Assembly (NCBI RefSeq): GCF_001194135.2
Contig: NC_068990.1
Span: forward strand, 46,948,510-46,993,945
Direction: 5' to 3'
From: Octopus bimaculoides
Lineage: Eukaryota
DNA length: 45,436 bases
A program made the position numbers and the translations under genes. The notes under the pieces were generated by a model. The model ran no database searches and had not been told where the DNA came from. It saw only the letters and a program-made list of their open reading frames with translations. Shown here piece after piece: positions 10,972-22,597 of this stretch (the first letter of the stretch is position 1; every line of letters begins with the position of its first letter).

Positions 10972-11199
10972 GAATTTTTTATTAGGATAATTAATATCGT
11001 ACACAGAGGAGACAAAACAAGACAATACAAACAATTATTGTTATGAGTTCGTATGATACATAGTTTTTAAAAGGTTTGAATGATGTATAATTAAATTTGA
11101 CATTTTTTTTGGATTAAACCTGATGGGAGGAAAAGCCCAGCGACTACACCTTTTCTTTTTCCCATGAGAATTAAGCAGGGTCACTTGCACCCACCTTTC

Positions 11200-11730
11200 T
11201 TACCACAGCCTTCCATCTTTTGTCAAACACCTCGCGAAAATCATCTCCTCTCCAGCCCTATCTTGCTCTTCAGATGATATCTGAAAAAAGTGAGCAATTC
11301 GGGGCCAGAGATGAAGGTTCCCGTCATGAGTCCTTGCAGTTTTGTCTTCCAAACACATTCTTTCAACACTGCCACTGTAAGGAGAAACATGTCTCACCTT
11401 CCTTCGAGAGTCCGGTGTGCGGTACAATCTTTATTATAGATTCAGCTGATAACTGTACTCTGCCTAGGTATGACAACACGTGTTCAACGTAAACTATCAA
11501 GCCTGAAAGCTTCCGACAGAGTACAAAAGCATACAGGACGGTTTCATCGTCCAGCCCACATCTTGAACATGTCGGTGGCACTGACATTTCGTGCCTGGAT
11601 AACTTATAGCGAACAGGTAAAGCGTTCCTGTAGCACTGCCAGGTCAGGGATTTTTGGTAATTATTCATATACCCCGGCCTGAAAGTTTTTTGGAACAGGT
11701 TGGTAAGTTGGTTCTCATCGAACCCCATTT
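11200..11730 (-). pseudogene. ORF2 C-terminal region with zinc-binding (zf-RVT-like) motif, frameshifted
   Basis: LTWQCYRNALPVRYKL...CSRCGLDDETVLYAFVLC (the His of C-x2-C-x4-ET-x2-H is replaced by Tyr), then FFRYHLKSKIGLERR in another frame. Confidence 0.8.
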
Positions 11731-12402
11731 GTGATCCGTATAAGGCACAATACAAAATTGTGGACAGCTAAAGGTATCCCTATCTCTTTCTCTAACGAAT
11801 ACCCTATCTATATAAGATCTGCGTGAGCCGTCGTTATTACTCCACGTCCATTGTGGAACGCTCGGCTCATCCAGTCTGAAACGGTCTACTAGATTATAGC
11901 TCTCTAGTAGACCCTCGAGGCCAGGATTTCCCCTCCTATTAGTCGAGCCAACACTCTCCACCCGTGCATCGAGTATAGTGTTAAAGTCTCCTAACAGAAC
12001 TACCGTTTTTGAGGTCACTAGAAAGTGCTCTAGTTCTCGATAAAAACCAGACTGCCTACACGCCTTAGGAGCATAGATAGCTACCAACTTGAAGGACTGT
12101 ATACTCTCGTGGGTCACATCTAGGACGACCAGCCTACCTTCTGGGTCCAGAAAGACTGTACTTACCTGTAAGTCCAAGGTCTTCCTGAGTAGGACCACCA
12201 CGTCCCCTCCTCCTCGTCGGCTAGGAGAAATAAATTTCTCATAGCCATTTAGAAGAGGTGAGAACGCTTGTGGTCCACTCATCTTGGACTCAGTTGCAAT
12301 GCATACATCTATATCTCGTGACCTGAGGTCGTTCAGGAAACAAGCTTGTTTCTATTTCGACTCCAGCCCAGGCACATTTATGCACCTTAGTTTAATCGAC
12401 AT
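11731..12402 (-). pseudogene. ORF2 apurinic/apyrimidinic-type endonuclease domain
   Basis: ATG at 12402: MSIKLRCINVPGL (one stop) ...DVCIATESK...GRLVVLDV...VAIYAP...LLGDFN...WTW...SYIDRVFV...TDH. Confidence 0.9.
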
Positions 12403-12428
12403 GATCAAATTTTATAGAAAGGAATTAC

Positions 12429-12659
12429 TTACTCCCCACCCTTTTCTTTTACTGGTGTAGCCGCTGGGCTTATCATTGGTGTAGTCGCTGGGCTATTTGT
12501 TGGTGTGGCTGCCGAGCTTACAATTAATTTTCCCTCCGCCACTTCAGTGCTGACATCTCGTATATCGTCCGGGTGACGCGCTTTCAGGTCTGTCAATAGG
12601 CTTTCGTCCATTATTGCAAAACTAATGCCTGTCGATGTGTCTTTCAATCTTTTGTACAC
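12429..12659 (-). pseudogene. Short ORF1-like remnant with a 24-bp tandem repeat (SAATP/SPATTP/SPAATP)
   Basis: Lies between the putative 5' UTR and the ORF2 ATG; no recognisable domain. Confidence 0.4.
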
Positions 12660-12853
12660 ACGTGCCTTATGGTGTGATCTAATGTATTTAGACGAAAATT
12701 ACTGTTTCTCGACGTACAGCAGTTCAAATAACATGTATTCAAAATATAACACAAAAAATGACGTATAAAAACACACAGGAACGAACTCACATGACGTTTG
12801 GTAGCAAAATGTCACTCACAACGAAAAAAAAAATTGTTCGGGTAGAGGTGACT

Positions 12854-13182
12854 ACTGCCTGCTAGAGATAGCAGCTTACTCGATCCTACTCACACCATAT
12901 AAATATAGAAGTGACAGACAATCACTGATCTCGTAATGAGTAAAACAGATAGTTTTAAATCTCTGAATGAGATCTAAGTATTACTTCATAGTAAAATCTA
13001 TTTGCCAACGTAAGGTGGCAATCTTGCGTAGGACCATGTTAGTACCTTTTAACCCGAGGAGTCATCTTTTTCAGCTGATTATCGACACTCAATCTATGTC
13101 TGAAATATACTGGGAGCAAGGGAGCGTACTGCTCCCTCCTAGCCACTAGCAGTACCAACAGACGAATGGTTTCTGGGTGGAC
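12854..13182 (-). repeat. Repeat R: remainder of the interrupted monomer (12854-12990) plus a truncated next monomer (12991-13182)
   Basis: 12861-12970 aligns to 5441-5540. The monomer restarts at gtaaaatctatttgccaac (12991) and breaks off inside the hammerhead-like motif. Confidence 0.85.
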
Positions 13183-13629
13183 TTATTGTATACTGTGCTC
13201 AGAAAACTCACCAGAAAATGTAGGCAAAAGGGCATGAATAGTACATAGAATAATGCACAGGAAGTAAACAGTGAATGTGTCGTTTAAAAAAAAGAATGAG
13301 GCGGCATCTGATGGAAGTTTTGAAGAATGTATAATAACGTAATGTATGTATTATATATGTAATAATTAAACTATCACATATAGTGTAACACACTTTAATG
13401 TGTTTTGAATGAAACTGATATCTGAAGCAAAAGGTTTGAGGATCGCTGATCTAAAGCATTCTTACCGTGACCCTTCCTCATTTTCTTTTCTTTCCTTTTT
13501 ATTTTTAGACACTACGGTGGTAGTTGTCATTTGAGAGGTATTTCGTTACTTTCTTAGCACGTGATGTGACGACATACAAGTTCACAATTAATGATGGCGA
13601 TAACATAACAAAAATAAATAAATAAGTGT

Positions 13630-13830
13630 AGCAGCCTTATAAGGCCCGAGCTTGTGAAAAAGTTTGCTTGCCCAGTCACAATTAGAAGTCAACCTTATTA
13701 TAAGATAACACTTGAAGAAATTCAACTGCCTTAAGTGGGCACTAAATATGAGCGGCGAAAAACGAAGCATGATAGGTGTCGTAGCATGGGAATACTTCTA
13801 CCGGTCAATAAATAATGAATGTATATTGAA

Positions 13831-13865
<35 letters not shown>

Positions 13866-13872
13866 GTAAATA
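13630..13872 (+). mobile_element. Possible 3' end of a CR1/L2-group LINE with (TAAA)n tail
   Basis: GPSL*KSL (resembling GPxLWNSLP), then a UTR-like stretch and (taaa)n at ~13830-13872. Confidence 0.35.
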
Positions 13873-14770
13873 AAACACTGGTCCCAGTCGTCCATTCATG
13901 GTGGAGAACTCGAAACTTAGGTTCTCTTACACTCGGCCAGGATAAGCACTTCGACTCAAAGCCATTCTCCCTTCTAAAAGGAACACGTCAACCTCTTTCA
14001 AATACTATCCTATCCGCAAAAGCCATGGATGACAGACCCGACGCTGATCAATCCTTAAAATTTTGTATCGTTAGATCTCAGTTGAAAAGAACTTTGACTT
14101 TCGTGTTGTTTAGTAAGGACAATTCAGTTTAAAAGAGCCCATCCGTTAACAATGGATTGTATTGAATACGTCACCGCAAGCTAAATAAAACATTCAAACA
14201 TTTTGCACTGCTCCTGCCGCTTTCAGATGAGAACGTATTTGTTATACTGCCATGCAAATGATATTTGGACACATCCATATAAAGTGAACCATTGTTATTT
14301 CTTTATATTATAAAAAATGACTCAGTACGAACGAAGTCCCTTTCCTTTACAGCTGTTGAGAGTAATTTGAAGAAGATTTGGTTGCTATTTCTAATATATA
14401 ATGTCACCTACAATTCTTAGGCTGAGCAGAATTATGAACAATGACTCCCAACCATGAAAACGCCCCACCCTTTCTTTGAGTATATTGGACAACGTTATCA
14501 AGTGTGCCCTTCCCCTTTCAAGGCAGCAGTGTAATTGAAGAAGATTTGCATGCTATTTCTAGCAGAAATAGTGACTATACAGAGAGAACTTCTGTGTATA
14601 GGTCATGGGTGTAGAAGGGGGAGATTCTTACAAAAATTTGAGAGATCTTGTACAAATATTATGGTGGAAGAACATTTAAAAAAATATGAAATATGTATAT
14701 GTGCGAATGATGCGAACGTTTAAGACCAGAGAAATATTTCTTGCTAACAAGTGACAAAATGAGTCCAACT

Positions 14771-14772
<2 letters not shown>

Positions 14773-14864
<92 letters not shown>

Positions 14865-14985
14865 GACAGAGACAGACAAGCAGACAGACAGACAGACAGA
14901 CAGAGGGAGAGAATGAGAGAGCGGAGAGAAAAAGAGAAAGACAGTGAGTGACAGAGGGAAAAAGAGAGAGAGAGAGAAGGAGGCA
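14773..14985. repeat. (GT)n, (GA)n and (GACA)n compound microsatellite with a purine-rich tract
   Basis: Direct inspection. Confidence 0.95.
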
Positions 14986-15409
14986 TGAATGGAAGAACTG
15001 GAGATCTTACAGATGCTTAAAATTAAAAATGTATTAGAAATATTACAACTGATATAGATATACAGAATTATTTAGGTTACAGTATTATGCTGTTGAAATA
15101 GTTTTCCTTTAAAAGGGGAAGATCTCGTATAAAGATGCATAGGGTTAAAAAAATGATTTTGTTAATATATAAAGGATATTGGTGTCTGGTGCTAAATATC
15201 TTATACAGATGGGGAATATATCGTAGAGAAGTTAAATATGCTGTACAGACGTTTACGATGCCTCAAAAAACCTGGATACACAGAGATGTGAAGCAAATAT
15301 AAGCTGCTACGCATGATAGATTGGAATAAAGCCCAAACTTTGTAAATTGTTGTTACGACTGGACAAGTTTTTGTACTTAAAATTCCGATTTAATATAGTT
15401 TGATAACTT

Positions 15410-15534
15410 CGTGAGTGTATGCGTGCATCTATATATATACCTATACATATATACAGGCATCCATGCATCCATCCATTTATCCATCCAGCCACCCACCATC
15501 CATCCATCCTCCATAGATACATACTTACACATTG

Positions 15535-15574
<40 letters not shown>

Positions 15575-15647
15575 AGATACATTACAAGCGCCCGTGCACA
15601 CACACACTCGCACATACATATACACGCACTCATACACACATATATAC

Positions 15648-15705
<58 letters not shown>

Positions 15706-15790
15706 CTACACACTCACACACAAACATATATATATATACATGTGGTGTGTACGTAAACGCATACACATGTATGTATATATAATATACATG
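15410..15790. repeat. (CATC)n/(TA)n/(GT)n/(CA)n compound microsatellite
   Basis: Direct inspection. Confidence 0.9.
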
Positions 15791-16104
15791 GGTGTATTTA
15801 TGTTTATGTATTTTTCTTTGGTGTGCTTCAAGGTATGAAACCGCCAAATTGCAATTAAATAAATAAGTAAATACGATAGTGATGATGATGCGACGAAGGT
15901 GGTGGTGGTGGTGGAAAAGATGGTGGTTTTGGAGGTGTAACTGATGCGCTTTATTTGATTTTATTGATTATAATCTTTCCAACCCGTATAGGGATTAAAA
16001 CCTTTAAAATTGCTGTGGAATTGTGAATTCATTTCATTTAATAAGATGTTCAATTCCTAATAATTTAAAGCAGATATAGCAGCAGCAGTGTCAATAGCAA
16101 CAAC

Positions 16105-16486
16105 AACGATTTTGTGGGAAGGTGTAAGTCGATTACATCGACCCCAGTATCCGTCTCGTACTTATGTTATCGACTCCGGAAGGATAAAAGAGAAAGTCAA
16201 TCTCGGTGGAATTAGAATTCAGAACCTAAAGACGGTGTAAATGCCACTAAGTATTTTGCCTGGCGTGCTAGCGAGTCTGCCAGTTCGCCGCTTTAAGAAT
16301 AATAATAATAACCTTTCCTAATGTGGAAAGACGCACTGAAATTTTCAAAGAATGGGTGAGTTGATTACATCGACCCCAGGATGAAAGGCATAGTCGACCT
16401 CCGCAGAATTTGGACGCAGAACATAAAGACGGACGAAATGCCGCGAAGCATTGCGTACCTACGATTTTACAAGCTCGCCGCCTTAA
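16105..16486 (-). mobile_element. Two head-to-tail SINE family A copies (16105-16296, 16313-16486)
   Basis: gattacatcgaccccag, aggat(a/g)aaag, ctcgccgc(c/t)ttaa; separated by (aat)n. Confidence 0.85.
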
Positions 16487-16603
16487 CCTGGTCTTAGAAC
16501 TCAATATTTATACGTTCTTGAACGAAGCGTCAGTTGAATAGAGAGCAGTAATAAGAAATTAAAATGAATAAGAAATTACAGGAATAAGAAATTACATACA
16601 GAC

Positions 16604-17275
16604 AGTGTTAAAAATTCTTACTTTTTTTTGTTCTTTATTGAAATTACACCTGCGCTCCATACTTTTTTAACAGGTGAAAAGCGGTACTTGCCTTATTCTC
16701 GTTTTAATATCTTCGTCGGTGCCGCCTGTGAATGTTATCTTACTACCTAAATACGTAAACTCGGCTACATCCTCTAGTTCACCGGTTTCTAGTTTAATAC
16801 GTCCGCTGTTTTCTTAATTAACGTAAAAGCAGTGTTATTGTATGGGGCTGAGACATGGCGAACAACAGTTAAGTCAAATAAGCAAATACAATCATTCATC
16901 AACATGTACTTGCGTAGTATACTTAAAATCAGATGGCCCGAACACATAAGCAATATGGAACTATGGCAAAGAACGAATCAAGTTTCGATTAGAGACCAAA
17001 TATTTAATAAAAAGTGGAAGTGGATTGGTAGCACAATTAGGAAAGACACATCAAATGTAGCGAAAAGTGCTTTACAGTGGAATCCGGATGGATATAGAAA
17101 GAGGGGTAGGCCTAAGAACTCGTGGCCTAGATCAACACAAAAGGAACTAGAGAAAGGGGGACATTCATAGCAGAGTATAAGTACAGAAGCGAAAAATTAT
17201 GCGACACGGAATTCAATTATAAGCGGCTTATACTCCACGTTAGAGGGTTAAAGGCAAGAAAGAAGAAAAGAAGAT
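16604..17275 (+). mobile_element. RTE-clade LINE 3' fragment with an inverted 5' segment (16604-16818 minus; 16819-17275 plus)
   Basis: Minus part: ELEDVAEFTYLGSKITFTGGTDEDIKTRI...VWSAGVISIK..VRIFNT. Plus part: NVKAVLLYGAETW...KWKWIG...QWNPDGYRKRGRPK. TSD atacagacag at 16596-16605 and 17276-17285. Confidence 0.88.
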
Positions 17276-17335
17276 ATACAGACAGACAGACAGACATACA
17301 CACACACACACATACATGGTGTGTGTGTGTATATA

Positions 17336-17662
17336 TCAGGTCATCCCATAAGTTCTGTCCGAATTTTGAATAAAGAAAACAAGTGATCAAATGATATATT
17401 TAATTGAAATTTAATCATCAATGTACTTTCCCTGATTATCTATGACTTCCTTCCATCTATTTACAAGCTTTTTAATCCCATCAATGCAAAACTCTTTTGA
17501 TTTCAAAGCGAAGAACTCTGAAATGTCAGTTTCGACCTCCTCCTGGCTTGCGAAAGTTATGTCCCCCAAATGATTCTGTAAACTACGAAACAAATGGTAG
17601 TCTGAAGGAGCAAGGTGAGGAGAATAAGGTGAATGAGGAATTTTTTCCCAACCAAGCTCTTT
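17336..17662 (-). mobile_element. Mariner transposon 3' end (transposase C-terminus plus terminal repeat), cut by a gap
   Basis: KELGWEKIPHSPYSPHLAPSDYHLFRSLQNHL...KLVNRWKEVIDNQGKY*; the end TA|tcaggtcatcccataagttctgtccg is mariner-like. Confidence 0.9.
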
Positions 17663-18642
17663 NNNNNNNNNNNNNNNNNNNNNNNNNNNNNNNNNNNNNN
17701 NNNNNNNNNNNNNNNNNNNNNNNNNNNNNNNNNNNNNNNNNNNNNNNNNNNNNNNNNNNNNNNNNNNNNNNNNNNNNNNNNNNNNNNNNNNNNNNNNNNN
17801 NNNNNNNNNNNNNNNNNNNNNNNNNNNNNNNNNNNNNNNNNNNNNNNNNNNNNNNNNNNNNNNNNNNNNNNNNNNNNNNNNNNNNNNNNNNNNNNNNNNN
17901 NNNNNNNNNNNNNNNNNNNNNNNNNNNNNNNNNNNNNNNNNNNNNNNNNNNNNNNNNNNNNNNNNNNNNNNNNNNNNNNNNNNNNNNNNNNNNNNNNNNN
18001 NNNNNNNNNNNNNNNNNNNNNNNNNNNNNNNNNNNNNNNNNNNNNNNNNNNNNNNNNNNNNNNNNNNNNNNNNNNNNNNNNNNNNNNNNNNNNNNNNNNN
18101 NNNNNNNNNNNNNNNNNNNNNNNNNNNNNNNNNNNNNNNNNNNNNNNNNNNNNNNNNNNNNNNNNNNNNNNNNNNNNNNNNNNNNNNNNNNNNNNNNNNN
18201 NNNNNNNNNNNNNNNNNNNNNNNNNNNNNNNNNNNNNNNNNNNNNNNNNNNNNNNNNNNNNNNNNNNNNNNNNNNNNNNNNNNNNNNNNNNNNNNNNNNN
18301 NNNNNNNNNNNNNNNNNNNNNNNNNNNNNNNNNNNNNNNNNNNNNNNNNNNNNNNNNNNNNNNNNNNNNNNNNNNNNNNNNNNNNNNNNNNNNNNNNNNN
18401 NNNNNNNNNNNNNNNNNNNNNNNNNNNNNNNNNNNNNNNNNNNNNNNNNNNNNNNNNNNNNNNNNNNNNNNNNNNNNNTTTATTTATTTATTTATTCATT
18501 TTCAAATTATCTTAACAAATTATTAGAATATCATTCTTAAATGATAAAATGAGTGAATCGTTATTTGACATCACATGCTCGATCTTTGGGGTCCGAACTG
18601 GCATTCCTCAGACTATTAATATTATGATACGTAGAGGAGAGA

Positions 18643-18968
18643 GAAGCACTCCGTCGGTTACGACGACGAGGATCCCAGCTGATACGATCAACGGAATAGC
18701 TTGCTCGTGAAATTAACGTGCAAATGGCTGATCACTCCACAGACACGTGGACCCTTAAGGTAGTTCTCAGGAAGATTCAGCGTGACACAGAGTGTGACAA
18801 AGCTAGTCTTTTGAAATACAGGTACTACCCATTTTTGCCAGCTGAATGAACTGGAGCAACATGAAATAAAGTGTCTTGCTCACGGACACAACGCTTCGCC
18901 GCGTATTGAACTCCCGACCTTATGATCATGAGTCGAATGTCCTAACCACTAAGCCACGCGCCTTCACC
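18643..18968 (-). mobile_element. SINE family B (tRNA-like head), near full length
   Basis: Minus strand: A-box-like tggcttagtggttagg, B-box-like gagttcaatac, then a tgtgtcc(g/t)tgagcaagacactt central block. Confidence 0.8.
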
Positions 18969-19468
18969 TGTGATACATACATACATACATACATACATAC
19001 ATACATACATACATACATACATACAAGATATATACCAACCCGTCTGGAGTAGAGATGAACTTGGGCTCTTGGAGATAGAACGCAATTCCTTAATTCATGC
19101 AGTACAAATAATCTGCAAGATCTTCTTATGATTTAAAGATGATGAACAAATCAAGATGCTTTCCTTCAAAATTTATTCTAAATCAAAAAGAGAAAGAGNN
19201 NNNNNNNNNNNNNNNNNNNNNNNNNNNNNNNNNNNNNNNNNNNNNNNNNNNNNNNNNNNNNNNNNNNNNNNNNNNNNNNNNNNNNNNNNNNNNNNNNNNN
19301 NNNNNNNNNNNNNNNNNNNNNNNNNNNNNNNNNNNNNNNNNNNNNNNNNNNNNNNNNNNNNNNNNNNNNNNNNNNNNNNNNNNNNNNNNNNNNNNNNNNN
19401 NNNNNNNNNNNNNNNNNNNNNNNNNNNNNNNNNNNNNNNNNNNNNNNNNNNNNNNNNNNNNNNNNNNN

Positions 19469-19500
<32 letters not shown>

Positions 19501-19829
19501 TGTGTATGTGTAGATTTCTGGTACTATACGTATATGTTGTTCACTCTCTCCTTAGTTATACATGTTGCAGGAGTTAAAGTCACCAATGGAAACTAATAAA
19601 ACTGGCGCTTTCAAATTGCATATGTAAATTTTAGAAGATATAAACGACAGCGAAAATCGATATGCAACAATAGGAAAATAGCAATGTTATAACCGAGTTA
19701 CATGGTTTCTATGAACATATGGAATGCATTCTGTTGATTTGTAATTCTTCTCATGTGTGTCTTTTTATAAACACACGTGCGAGCACGCACACATGTACAC
19801 ACGCTTCATAGCAATCCGATCATAGATAT

Positions 19830-19862
19830 ATGTATGTATGTACGTATAAATGAATATATATA

Positions 19863-19905
<43 letters not shown>

Positions 19906-20000
19906 GTATATGCACACATAAATATATACATACATACAAACATGCATACGCATATGCCAGAAGATAAATAAGTCAATAGATAGGTAGAGTTATTGATAGC

Positions 20001-20085
<85 letters not shown>
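19830..20085. repeat. (GT)n, (GACA)n and (GATA)n microsatellites
   Basis: Direct inspection. Confidence 0.95.
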
Positions 20086-21094
20086 TATCAGCACACGCCG
20101 GGTAATTTCAGGTGAGGAGTTAAGGAATCTGGCAGTTTGAGTTTTCATTCAATGTCTTCCACGTACATAATGTATGCGTTTGTCTGTATTCCGCTTCACC
20201 AGTCATCTTCATACTGTGAAAATTTAAATGCTTGTGAGATATCATAATTCAAATTTAACTTTTCTAGCTAGAAAGCATTTTTTATTTGGAGTTTCTTCTT
20301 CCTTTTTTTTTATTTTTTACTTATTTATTTATTTATTTATTTATTTATTTGTTTGTTTGCTTGCACATCATCACACAAACATTTGACTTTCTATTTACTC
20401 ATTCATTTACTCATTTATTTACTGAATTACCATAATGCTTATTGTTGGCCCTTTACGTCGAGCCTCACTTTCGATCCATACACTAAATTCCATTTTTAGA
20501 TCTACAGAAACGTAAGGTCCGCGCAGTTAACGGAGTGGCTTCTCGAGCTCTTGACTTAATTACCTCTATTCCAACGTATTAACTGTAAACGGTTCAAGCT
20601 TTAGTGTTCTGGCAATGTGGCTGATGTCTTTCCTCCCGAATTAAGATTTTGTTAAAACACTAACTTTGATATCCAGGGCAATCCTATTTCAGTTACTTTT
20701 GAAAGTACTATATTCAGGTCTATTAAACGGTTTCTTACCAGACATCTTGACTCAAAAGTAAATCCAGCATTAGCGGCGAGAACAATTATCAACAAAAAAT
20801 ATGTATTACAATAAGTAGCACCACGAAAGAACTGTTCTTTGAAAGTAAAAATATTGTCTTATTCCCGAGAAGGTATGAACAGAAATGAGAACATGGGAAG
20901 GTGAAAGTGTAACGTATGAGATCGTACTATATAATAGTAGTTAATAGAGAAAATTCCAGGTTCACGAGCTTTTCACCGCTTACAATTATAAATTCTACAT
21001 TAAAATCTCCACATTCTACTCTCTCTCTTTCTCTGACTCTCTTCTTCTCTCTCTCTTTGTATATATATGTATGTATGTGTTTTACACCTGTCAG

Positions 21095-21205
21095 TTAGAA
21101 GCTGGTCTTAAAAGTCATCTGAGGGCTCATCAACTGTGCTGTGCTGTGTGGTGGGGTGTGGTGTGTGTTGATGGGACAGCTATCATCTATCAAGATGAAG
21201 CAATC
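21095..21205 (+). mobile_element. Short 3' fragment of an RTE-like LINE
   Basis: [10 protein letters not shown] (21101-21130) resembles the GLKSH finger motifs at 8202-8486. Confidence 0.5.
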
Positions 21206-21447
21206 ATGTATGCATGTATGTATGTGTGTATGTATGTATGTATGTATGTATGTATGTGTGTATGTATGTATGTATGCATGTATGTATGTATGTATGTATA
21301 TAAGCACAAATCAAGGAAAATCGGGAATTCGAGAGATCCATCGTTCGTTGTAATTCGATAGGTGAATAAAATCCATAGAATCACTGCTGAGAATTAGTGA
21401 CATATATGGTTATGCAGTTCGTTACAGCTGTTTCTGAGATAGGTGCA

Positions 21448-21818
21448 TTTTAGAAGCAGAGCTGTGCATTTTACGTACATATACAGTATAAGAGAGAGTT
21501 TGCCCTTTACCTGTTCATAATTGTATGTATGTATGTATGTATGTATGGATGTATGTATACATGTATGTATATATATATATATGTATATGCATATATATAT
21601 ATATGTATATATATATGTAGGTATATATATATATATATATTTTAGAAGCAGAGCTGTGCATTTTACGTACATATACAGTATAAGAGAGAGTTTGCCCTTT
21701 ACCTGTTCATAATTGTATGTGTGTATGTATGTATGTATGTATTATGTATGTATGTATGTATACATGTATGTATATATATATATGTATATGCATATATATA
21801 TATGTATATATATGTAGG

Positions 21819-21876
<58 letters not shown>
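21448..21876. repeat. 193-bp-period tandem duplication (unique ~80 bp plus microsatellite)
   Basis: tttagaagcagagctgtgc...acctgttcataattgtatgt is identical at 21448 and 21641. Confidence 0.95.
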
Positions 21877-22557
21877 NNNNNNNNNNNNNNNNNNNNNNNN
21901 NNNNNNNNNNNNNNNNNNNNNNNNNNNNNNNNNNNNNNNNNNNNNNNNNNNNNNNNNNNNNNNNNNNNNNNNNNNNNNNNNNNNNNNNNNNNNNNNNNNN
22001 NNNNNNNNNNNNNNNNNNNNNNNNNNNNNNNNNNNNNNNNNNNNNNNNNNNNNNNNNNNNNNNNNNNNNNNNNNNNNNNNNNNNNNNNNNNNNNNNNNNN
22101 NNNNNNNNNNNNNNNNNNNNNNNNNNNNNNNNNNNNNNNNNNNNNNNNNNNNNNNNNNNNNNNNNNNNNNNNNNNNNNNNNNNNNNNNNNNNNNNNNNNN
22201 NNNNNNNNNNNNNNNNNNNNNNNNNNNNNNNNNNNNNNNNNNNNNNNNNNNNNNNNNNNNNNNNNNNNNNNNNNNNNNNNNNNNNNNNNNNNNNNNNNNN
22301 NNNNNNNNNNNNNNNNNNNNNNNNNNNNNNNNNNNNNNNNNNNNNNNNNNNNNNNNNNNNNNNNNNNNNNNNNNNNNNNNNNNNNNNNNNNNNNNNNNNN
22401 NNNNNNNNNNNNNNNNNNNNNNNNNNNNNNNNNNNNNNNNNNNNNNNNNNNNNNNNNNNNNNNNNNNNNNNNNNNNNNNNNNNNNNNNNNNNNNNNNNNN
22501 NNNNNNNNNNNNNNNNNNNNNNNNNNNNNNNNNNNNNNNNNNNNNNNNNNNNNNNNN

Positions 22558-22597
<40 letters not shown>

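Larger units (their letters stand above)
10972..12853 (-). mobile_element. Tx1/L1-like non-LTR retrotransposon, internally deleted (no RT domain), flanked by a 16-bp TSD
   Basis: Contains an APE endonuclease and a C-terminal CCHC-like region, with AATAAAAAA at the 3' end (plus-strand ttttttatt, 10975-10983). TSD: actgccggcttgagat (10956-10971) versus actgcctgctagagat (12854-12869), 14/16 identical. Confidence 0.85.

Noticed and set aside
18900-18968. tRNA-like sequence with A and B boxes
   Set aside because: It continues into a SINE body and has several degenerate relatives; I could not form a convincing cloverleaf.
20490-20520. Possible 12-nt microexon ttttag|ATCTACAGAAAC|gtaagg
   Set aside because: Short polypyrimidine tract, and no neighbouring exon or other support; such matches are common by chance.
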